From the NCBI GenBank assembly GCA_003140935.1, contig PLLJ01000021.1:4555-68554 (forward strand): a stretch of DNA of 64,000 nucleotides, written 5' to 3'. Of this stretch, positions 56,901 to 64,000 are shown piece by piece. Positions within the stretch are counted from its first letter, which is position 1; each line of letters begins with the position of its first letter. The stretch comes from Candidatus Omnitrophota bacterium (GTDB lineage Bacteria; Omnitrophota; Omnitrophia; Omnitrophales; Aquincolibacteriaceae). The position numbers and the translations under genes are program-made. The notes under the pieces are model-generated. The model did no database searches, was not told where the DNA came from, and saw only the letters and a program-made list of their open reading frames with translations.

Positions 56901-57887
56901 ATGCAAGAACTAAAAAATAAACTAAATGAGATAGCTCAGCAGCTTAAAAAAGGAGTTTCACCTGCAAGAATGAGTGCGCGTGACATCCTGAAATTGCTTA
57001 ATTCTTCTCGACGGGGGAGCAATGTCAATTCTTTGGTAAGAAGCGCTTTGGAAAAAGCCGGTCTTCAAACTCAGCCTGATTTTGAATGGGCATATATTGA
57101 TGGTGCCATTAAATTCGTTGCAATTGGATCTGACGAGGATCGACAGGCTATAGCTACAACTTACCGAATTGACGGGCTGGGGTCGGCGCATCGCAAACCA
57201 GTTTCGATTAAGCCAGATAGTTCGCTTAATGAGGCGACCACTATAATGATGGCTAATAATTTTTCCCAATTACCTGTCATGACTACTGAACGCGAAGTAA
57301 AGGGTGCTATCAGTTGGAAATCAATTGGGTGTCGGTTGTCATTAGGTAAAAAGTGTACGGTAGTGCGAGAATGCATGGATTCCGCTAAAATAATAGGAAT
57401 GGAATCCTCCCTTTTCGAGGCAATAAAAATAATAGCAGAACATGATTATGTGTTAGTTCAATCGCAAGAGAAAATTATATGTGGCATAGTTACGGCAAGT
57501 GATCTAAGCCAACAATTTAGTGATTTGGCCGAACCTTTCGTGTTGATAGGCGAATGCGAGAATTTCATACGCCGTCTTATTCATGGAAAGTTCTGCGTGG
57601 AGGAGCTAGATGGAGCAAAGAATCCCAATGAGCTGAGTCGCGTAGTGGAGGGGGTAGCGGATTTGACATTTGGAGAATATGTGCGATTGCTTGAAGATGA
57701 AAAACGTTGGGACAAATTGAAGCTCTCTGTAGATCGGTGCGAATTTATCAAATGGCTGAACAGGGTTCGAAACATTAGGAATGATGTAATGCATTTCGAT
57801 CCGCAGGGCGCCGACCCTGTAGCTATGCAAGCATTAAGAGAGTTCGTGCATTTCTTACAGGAGTTACGTCGTCTTGTTGTGCTGTAA
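56901..57887 (+). CDS. CBS-pair + HEPN-like domain protein
   Basis: CBS motifs FSQLPV..G.IS and GIVTASD; C-terminal E...R, LTFGEY, RNDVMH (RxxxxH). Confidence 0.75.
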   Translation: MQELKNKLNEIAQQLKKGVSPARMSARDILKLLNSSRRGSNVNSLVRSALEKAGLQTQPDFEWAYIDGAIKFVAIGSDEDRQAIATTYRIDGLGSAHRKPVSIKPDSSLNEATTIMMANNFSQLPVMTTEREVKGAISWKSIGCRLSLGKKCTVVRECMDSAKIIGMESSLFEAIKIIAEHDYVLVQSQEKIICGIVTASDLSQQFSDLAEPFVLIGECENFIRRLIHGKFCVEELDGAKNPNELSRVVEGVADLTFGEYVRLLEDEKRWDKLKLSVDRCEFIKWLNRVRNIRNDVMHFDPQGADPVAMQALREFVHFLQELRRLVVL

Positions 57888-57980
57888 ATAAGGGGATGCT
57901 AAGTGCTTGCCCGCCGCCGATTTTTGGCAGGGGGGGGCACCGTCCGGGTTACGTGAAATTAAAATAAAGGCAAATATGTT

Positions 57981-59417
57981 ATGAAAAAATATGAGAAGCT
58001 CGATCAGTTTTTCGAACGGGTAAAAAATTTAGGTTTTTGGCAAAGAATCTTCAGTTGGCGGCTCGTGCAAAGTTTGAGCTACGAGGCTTTTGAGGAGTAC
58101 AAAAATCTAATCCATTTGGTAGTGAGTAGTGAGGAACAGCTAGCTACTTCTTCCAATAAGATCGACTTGCTAAATAACGACAATTCCCATATCAAATCCG
58201 AGTCCGTGAAACTGCAAAGCTCACTGGATATTTCGAATACAAAACTTACTTCTGTAGAGACAGCACTTTCCGCCCATAAAGCCGCTTTAGCTTCCAGAGA
58301 AGAGACTATAAAACAGTCAGATAAAAAAATAATCGAACAGCAAGCAGAATTAAAATCATTGAAGGAAAAACACACATCCGTAGAAACCATGCTTTCCAGC
58401 GCTGAGGCTACTTTGGCCTCAAGAGAGGAAAATATAAAACAGTCCGAGAAAAAAGCAGCCGAGCAACAAGCCGAATTAAAATCCTCAAAAGAAAATGCGA
58501 GATCTCTACAAGAAGAGCTCGCTGTTCTCAAGGAAGAAAACGCAATTTTTAAAAGTACAGAAAATGATAGAAATCAAAGTTACGAAACCAAGATCGCAAC
58601 GCTTGGCGCAATCACATCGCAAGTTCAAAAAGAGCGCGAAGTGGAGAAACAGAAAAATCTGGAAAAAGAAATTCAGCGCCTTACTGCAATGAAAGAAACA
58701 TGGGCAAGACATCAGGCGAGTGTTCAAGAAGCCATTAAAATGATATGTCAGAAGCATACAATCGAGTACATAGACCAAGTTCCTTTTAAAGGGAAGCCCG
58801 ATAATACCATTCAAATAAGTGACGAATACATTATTTTTGATGCGAAAAGCCCTTCCTCCGACGATCTAAAAAATTTTCCAATCTATATTAAAACTCAAAC
58901 AGAATCAGTAAAAAAATACATTAAAGAAGCGAATGTGCGTAAAGATATATTTCTTGTGATCCCTTCTAATGCAGTTGACGTCATTGATAACTTTAGCTTC
59001 AACATGGCTGACTATAATGTGTACGTTGTAACGATAGATGTACTAGAGCCCTTAATCCTTGCTCTTAGAAAAATCGAAGACTATGAATTTGTTGAACAAT
59101 TAACCCCGGAAGATCGAGAAAATATTTGCAGAATAATCGGAAAATTCGCACATATTACTAAACGAAAAATACAAGTTGATTTTTTCTTCACAAAAGAATT
59201 GATGGGTGTTCTTAAGAAATGTGAAGCAAATTTGCCTTCAGACATTATGGGAAAAGTGGTGGAGTATGAAAAATCTGAAAAAATAAATCCTCCTCGCGAA
59301 GCACGGTCAAAGCAAATTCTAACAAAAGAGTTGGAAGTAGAAAGCGAAACCATTCAATCTAGTTTTAAAGGTCTTCCACTCAACGAGAACGATGAGACTG
59401 TCCCAAGCCACCCTTAA
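57981..59417 (+). CDS. Coiled-coil protein with RmuC-like PD-(D/E)XK domain
   Basis: Long heptad-rich region, then KPD...IIFDAKSP. Confidence 0.65.
   Translation: MKKYEKLDQFFERVKNLGFWQRIFSWRLVQSLSYEAFEEYKNLIHLVVSSEEQLATSSNKIDLLNNDNSHIKSESVKLQSSLDISNTKLTSVETALSAHKAALASREETIKQSDKKIIEQQAELKSLKEKHTSVETMLSSAEATLASREENIKQSEKKAAEQQAELKSSKENARSLQEELAVLKEENAIFKSTENDRNQSYETKIATLGAITSQVQKEREVEKQKNLEKEIQRLTAMKETWARHQASVQEAIKMICQKHTIEYIDQVPFKGKPDNTIQISDEYIIFDAKSPSSDDLKNFPIYIKTQTESVKKYIKEANVRKDIFLVIPSNAVDVIDNFSFNMADYNVYVVTIDVLEPLILALRKIEDYEFVEQLTPEDRENICRIIGKFAHITKRKIQVDFFFTKELMGVLKKCEANLPSDIMGKVVEYEKSEKINPPREARSKQILTKELEVESETIQSSFKGLPLNENDETVPSHP
58251..58493 (+). repeat. Diverged 126-bp (42-aa) tandem duplication in the coiled coil
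   Basis: SVETALS..ASREE.IKQS.KK..EQQAELKS.KE twice, starting at 58251 and 58377. Confidence 0.85.
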
Positions 59418-59597
59418 ACCACACACAGATGACAGAAACGGTTCTGGCGGGGACAGTTTGGTCGTGGATATGTCCCGCTGAGAACCGATCCAATTTGCAG
59501 GCATGTGCGGAGATTTGGAAGGATTGGCTGGTATGGCTTTTACCGCAAATAAAAATATTAAAATTACCAAATTCTAATCAGGCTTCAAAGGAATAAA

Positions 59598-59813
59598 ATG
59601 CGCCGTGATCCCGTTAGTTCGTCCGACATTGAATCAATCGGTTACGATGAAGGGACTCAAACTCTAGAAATTGAATTTAAAAGAGGGAGTGCTTATCAAT
59701 ATTTTGCTGTTCCGCGAGAGGTGTATGAAGCAATGATGGCTAGTTCATCATGCGGAAAATTTTTTTATTCAAACATCAAAGACAATTATTCAAGTTCAAA
59801 GGTTTCTAGATGA
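59598..59813 (+). CDS. KTSC domain protein
   Basis: V.SS.I.SIGYD....LEIEF..G..YQY..VP......S.G.F...IK. Confidence 0.9.
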   Translation: MRRDPVSSSDIESIGYDEGTQTLEIEFKRGSAYQYFAVPREVYEAMMASSSCGKFFYSNIKDNYSSSKVSR

Positions 59814-61561
59814 AAATAATATCTTTTGCCGTCGATAATTTCCGCGGAATATCCGGGGGGTTAGAACGAAATATCATTTACTTTGATAATTCCAACACAT
59901 TATTAATCTTTGGCCAAAACAATACCGGCAAGTCAGCATTCCTGCATGCCTACGAGTATTTCTTCTATAATACCCATCCCTCGTTAGAAGATTTTTATCT
60001 GCAAGATCCCAATAATAAGATAAGTTTTGAATTGGAAGTCGAATTATCTGATGCAGACAAGGGCATACTTGAGCAAAAGAGTAAGAAAGCAAGCTACATG
60101 TTTCAAAATTATTTATCGAAAGATGGAAGATTAAAGATGCAGAAAATATGGGGTTCGGAAGACGTCAAAACGAAATCTAAAACTTATAAGGAAACCAATA
60201 GAACTTTTAGCCCCAAAACCTCTGATTGGGATGACAAATATTATGGTGGGATAGGGCTACATGAGGTTTTTCAAGAAAGCTTGCCCAAACCAATTCATAT
60301 AAAGGCTATGCCCACCGAGGAAGAGACTGAAAAAATCGTGAATCAAATTTTAGCGATTAGGGCCGAAGAGTTTTTAAAAGATGCCGCGAATCAGAAATAC
60401 AAGGATGCGATAGAGGCCATTAAAGAATTGAAAGAAAAGATGTATGACCCAGAAAGAATTCAACAATACAAGACTCACGTTAACGAGCAATTTCAAAAGC
60501 TATTTTCGGATACACAAATTGAATTAGATCCAAAAGAGAAAAAAAATAATTTGACCATGAGTATTGTAGGCAGAGACTATGGAGTCAAATTTTATAGACT
60601 TAACAGCGACAAAGGTATTAACGAAGCCATTCCAAGTTCATATCATAAAATAGGACATGGAGCAATTCGAACGGCAATATTTACTTTATTTCTCATGAGG
60701 GATATTGCTGAAGGATATGAGCGCAAAATGGGGCGGAAGAATTATTTAGTTCTTTTTGAGGAGCCGGAGCTTTTTTTACACCCAAAACTAATAAAAATAC
60801 TTCGAAGTTTAATCTATCAAATAAGTCAAGATGACCTGCCTTTTCAGATTCTATGCGCTTCTCACTCTCCACAGATGATAGATATTACCAAGTCAAAGTC
60901 ATCGCTGATTCGTATGACCAAGACAGACGGGAAGACCAGATTGTTTCAAATTGACGAAACGATATTAATGGATAAGGCTAAGATGGAAGTGAAGCACGAG
61001 CTTTATGAAGCTTTGCGGTTTAATCCGTACATTTGCGAATCATTTTATGCTGACGAAATAATATTAGTTGAAGGAGATTCCGAAGCGGTAATTTTGCGTG
61101 CATTTTTGCAAACAGCTAAAACTAGCAAGGATATTTTTGTACTGAACTGCGGCACTGTAAATAATATTCCATTTTTTCAGAAAATCTTTTCAAAATTTAA
61201 TATAAAATATCATGTGTTTTGCGATACAGATGGTCGTTTTAATGGAAAATTCGACCAGAATAAACAACCAATTTTTGAAAAATTTATACAGGGAAAAATA
61301 TATGAACAAATTAATGAAGATGTCAAAAAGACTGGCTACCGAGTAGGAATTTTAAGAGTGCATGATAAAAATTTTGAAGAAGCTCATCGGTTAATTGGCT
61401 CGAATTTGAAATATCCTTTTTCTGATGATGAGATTAAACAAGATGGTAAGCCATTTTGTGCCAATAGATATTGGGATGATGTATTGAAACCTAATCTGGG
61501 GCGTTCTGAGATTGATAATGTCCCGATAATTAAGTATTTAAAAGAAATGTTGGCTCATTGA
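59810..61561 (+). CDS. OLD-family ABC ATPase-TOPRIM nuclease
   Basis: NFRG, GQNNTGKS, EEPELFLHP, SHSP, LVEGDSE, DTD. Confidence 0.88.
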   Translation: MKIISFAVDNFRGISGGLERNIIYFDNSNTLLIFGQNNTGKSAFLHAYEYFFYNTHPSLEDFYLQDPNNKISFELEVELSDADKGILEQKSKKASYMFQNYLSKDGRLKMQKIWGSEDVKTKSKTYKETNRTFSPKTSDWDDKYYGGIGLHEVFQESLPKPIHIKAMPTEEETEKIVNQILAIRAEEFLKDAANQKYKDAIEAIKELKEKMYDPERIQQYKTHVNEQFQKLFSDTQIELDPKEKKNNLTMSIVGRDYGVKFYRLNSDKGINEAIPSSYHKIGHGAIRTAIFTLFLMRDIAEGYERKMGRKNYLVLFEEPELFLHPKLIKILRSLIYQISQDDLPFQILCASHSPQMIDITKSKSSLIRMTKTDGKTRLFQIDETILMDKAKMEVKHELYEALRFNPYICESFYADEIILVEGDSEAVILRAFLQTAKTSKDIFVLNCGTVNNIPFFQKIFSKFNIKYHVFCDTDGRFNGKFDQNKQPIFEKFIQGKIYEQINEDVKKTGYRVGILRVHDKNFEEAHRLIGSNLKYPFSDDEIKQDGKPFCANRYWDDVLKPNLGRSEIDNVPIIKYLKEMLAH

Positions 61562-61594
61562 TCGCGCCTGTTTCATTGTTTGGTCAACTATTGT

Positions 61595-62326
61595 ATGGGC
61601 ATTCTTAGTTATAAGATTGAACGATTAGAAAAAGTAATAGCGTGGGGTCGCTATCTTCATTGGTGTGATCTTCATCGTAAACGGTTTCAAAAATGGATAG
61701 AGATCCCTCATGATGTTTCGGATGCCATAGATGGTTGGCATTTTGTCGCTCTTGCCTCGCAGTGGTATGCGAGTCTTTGGGTGGTGATAGAAGGCTGGGC
61801 TGAGGCCAAATTAAAAGATCAAGCAATTGATGAGCTTTTGGAAAAAACAAAGAACAATAATTCTCTCTTAAAAAGGTATCGTAATGGGATTTATCATTTT
61901 CAACCGTCTTTATTAGAACCACGGCTTGTAGATTTTTTAAAAGAATCAGAAAAAAATGTTATGTGGATTCATGCTATGCATTTTGAATTTCTGAGGTTTT
62001 TCTGGAATTATGTGCATAGCATCCCAGGAAATAAAAATAAGCAGGAGTTCCATGAGCAAGTCATTGCAATACTTGGATGGATGCCCACGGATATTCCTGA
62101 TGCTTATCAGTGGGATGTTGAGCAATTATGTAATGAGGCAAACACATTAGTTTACTCTTCAGATGATGCGTCTTCTACGGATTCAAAGGAGCTTCTTTCT
62201 GCCGCATCTGATGCCTGCGTACAAGTCGAGAAAGGAGCTGAGCGATATAGAGAGTGGATTCAAGATTTAATAGACGCAATTAAAACCAATAAGACGGTTA
62301 ATCATATCAGCAACATTAGACCATGA
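61595..62326 (+). CDS. Hypothetical helical protein, possible HEPN
   Basis: LWVVIEG helix, then RNGIYH (RxxxxH); start uncertain. Confidence 0.55.
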   Translation: MGILSYKIERLEKVIAWGRYLHWCDLHRKRFQKWIEIPHDVSDAIDGWHFVALASQWYASLWVVIEGWAEAKLKDQAIDELLEKTKNNNSLLKRYRNGIYHFQPSLLEPRLVDFLKESEKNVMWIHAMHFEFLRFFWNYVHSIPGNKNKQEFHEQVIAILGWMPTDIPDAYQWDVEQLCNEANTLVYSSDDASSTDSKELLSAASDACVQVEKGAERYREWIQDLIDAIKTNKTVNHISNIRP

Positions 62327-62442
62327 GACTATCAGAAAACGAAAAAAGAGATGCGGTGAAGTTGCTTCAAGAAGGCAAACCCCTGCCTGAGAAGTACCGT
62401 TTTCTTTTGTTTCAGGATGACCGGGAAGGTGAGCTTGGATAA
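62323..62442 (+). pseudogene. 39-codon stub resembling the N-terminus of type III R-M (Mod-like) methyltransferases
   Basis: MRLSENEKRDAVKLLQEGKPLPEKYRFLLFQDDREGELG*; ATGA-coupled to the upstream stop. Family resemblance is from memory. Confidence 0.55.
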
Positions 62443-62611
62443 CCGGACGGCGTCCAATGAATGGGGAGGGGTAAGTCCGTTGAATGTACCAAACCCCAAT
62501 GGTTTGGTGCGGCTTTGGCGGGAGCCCGATGCTTCTGTTCGATCCGTGTGTCAGAAATAGCCATCACTTTTGCACGCAGTATCTTTGTGATAGTTTAAGA
62601 GCTGGAACGTC

Positions 62612-63295
62612 ATGGATAAAAAAAACCTTAGCGATTTCATCAAACATATTATATTCCTAAGTTCGGAGCTTGGGATAGTTTTAACCAAAACGCCTCTTAT
62701 AAAACTTCTCTATCTAATTGATGTTGAGTACTATCGTGCTACCGGAGAAAAATTAACTAACATCGATTGGATTTTTTATAAATATGGTCCCTATGCTTTT
62801 GAGTTAGAAGGAATTTTAACTGGCATGGGTCTCTCTGAAGAAATAGAAAGCACGACTTTTTCTTCTCCCCAAGGGAAAGGAGTTGCTTTCAGATCATCTC
62901 ATGGCGTTAATTTTCCGCTCAAAGATCCCGTCGCTCGCGGAATTGCTCAAGATATAGTTCGGAATTGGACAGATAAAGAGTTGAATGAATTGCTTAACTA
63001 TGTTTATTTTTACACTGAACCCATGAAATATGCAAAGTGTCGAGGAGAGAAGTTGGATTTTTCAAAAATTAATAGGGAACGAGAAAAAATATATGAAATA
63101 AAATTGAATCAAAATAAATTGGATGATTTAAACGCGAAATTGCGTGCTTTAGGTAATGCGCCAAAAATCAAAGAAAAGATGAAGGCGTTCATTAACTATG
63201 GCGTAAGAAACACATACTATTGGCCAGAGGATGATATTAATCTAAGCGGTAACGTTCTCATTGATCCTTCATGCGGTGAGGACAATGATGAGTAA
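62612..63295 (+). CDS. Panacea/SocA (DUF4065)-like antitoxin
   Basis: KT.LIKLLYL.D.......G..LT...W..Y.YGP. Confidence 0.75.
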   Translation: MDKKNLSDFIKHIIFLSSELGIVLTKTPLIKLLYLIDVEYYRATGEKLTNIDWIFYKYGPYAFELEGILTGMGLSEEIESTTFSSPQGKGVAFRSSHGVNFPLKDPVARGIAQDIVRNWTDKELNELLNYVYFYTEPMKYAKCRGEKLDFSKINREREKIYEIKLNQNKLDDLNAKLRALGNAPKIKEKMKAFINYGVRNTYYWPEDDINLSGNVLIDPSCGEDNDE

Positions 63296-64000
63296 AAAAG
63301 GATTAAAGCAGATATTTCCAGCTAATTTTTATTCCGAAATTGATCATGCGCATGATTTTTACGTTGGGCAGATTTGCTTTGCACACACAGTGCGGCCGAA
63401 CCGAGTTCCTACCTTTCTTTCACCAGTAAAACAGGCGGAAGTAGATGGCGGGGAAGATCTCTTTAAACTGATAAGTAGTCAAGGCGGTGTTCCAAAATCC
63501 CACCTCCCAATACATAAATTTAAACTAGAAAATGACGAATTTTTTTATGTTCAGCGTGGGAAAATACGTCCCGTTGTTATTTTGGCGAGAGCCTCAGAGA
63601 AAAATTGGATTCAAGGCAAAATAAAGGGCGCTGTGTATTTATGCACCCCCATTTATTCGATAAGACCGGATCAGGGCCAAGATTTTGTTGTTCGTGTTCA
63701 AACGTATCAAATGGCGAACCTTTTTTACTTGCCAGAGTCGCCCAAGGGGATCGAAGAAGAAGGAATAGTTCGGTTCGAGATGTTGCAACCCGTCCACGAC
63801 TCTTGCCTGCAAAGGATGAAAAATATTAGTCGCAATTTCGTATGTCTTCACGAGGATGCTTTAAAATTATTTTTGAATCAGTATCATAAATTCACCACTG
63901 GAGTTCCCATCGATCCTTCAATAGATGAAATCGCCACTTTGTATGCACAAGATGTTTTAACCGAATTTGAAGTGATTAAGGCTCAAGAGAAGATGTCGGC
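63285..64000 (+). CDS. PemK/MazF-like toxin candidate, truncated by window end (not in ORF track)
   Basis: My translation is open to the edge: MMSKKG...GKIRPVVIL...LCTPIYS...VRFEMLQPV; overlaps the antitoxin stop. Confidence 0.6.
   Translation, partial: MMSKKGLKQIFPANFYSEIDHAHDFYVGQICFAHTVRPNRVPTFLSPVKQAEVDGGEDLFKLISSQGGVPKSHLPIHKFKLENDEFFYVQRGKIRPVVILARASEKNWIQGKIKGAVYLCTPIYSIRPDQGQDFVVRVQTYQMANLFYLPESPKGIEEEGIVRFEMLQPVHDSCLQRMKNISRNFVCLHEDALKLFLNQYHKFTTGVPIDPSIDEIATLYAQDVLTEFEVIKAQEKMS

Larger units (their letters stand above)
53184..64000. mobile_element. Genomic (defence) island integrated at tRNA-Asn; right end outside the window
   Basis: Recombinase abuts the tRNA; TA and nuclease cargo; visibly AT-rich from about 56.8 kb. 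Confidence 0.85.

Noticed and set aside
59810-61561. Gabija system
   Set aside because: No GajB/UvrD helicase next to the OLD gene in this window.
63605-63851. Short ORFs 63605-63829 (+) and 63639-63851 (-)
   Set aside because: Both lie within the longer frame starting at 63285 that runs off the window.

Overview
Bacterial chromosomal window in three parts. The lineage is inferred to be Omnitrophota/OP3-like, from the style of the giant gene only. (1) 460-11694: one 3744-aa exported ORF built like a polyprotein. A signal/TM segment and a domain with Tiki/TraB/EreA/ChaN-type motifs are followed by six unrelated modules and a C-terminal domain. The modules are a GH13-like glycosidase, an unknown domain, an alpha-glucan phosphorylase-like domain, an odd 115-aa piece, a SAM methyltransferase and an aldose 1-epimerase-like domain. 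Each of the seven boundaries carries the pentapeptide RSE[M/A/T/I]R. This is the main candidate for an undescribed system: a self-processing or cassette-built glycogen-raiding polyprotein. (2) 11.7-53.2 kb: housekeeping genes (mqnD, split transketolase, a degenerate GGT, Gld-like ABC transporter, thyA-folA, sod, ygiQ, rlmD, hss, msrBA, a Ni-less Hyf/Ehr membrane complex, hemW, gpmA), interspersed with heptamer-phased palindromic repeats. (3) From tRNA-Asn (53150) to the window end: an integrated defence island with a large serine recombinase whose C-terminus is read antisense through the tRNA, AbiE TA, CBS-HEPN, an RmuC-like nuclease, KTSC plus OLD nuclease, a HEPN-like ORF, a methyltransferase stub and a Panacea/MazF-like TA. 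All family calls are by-eye motif recognition; no searches were run.
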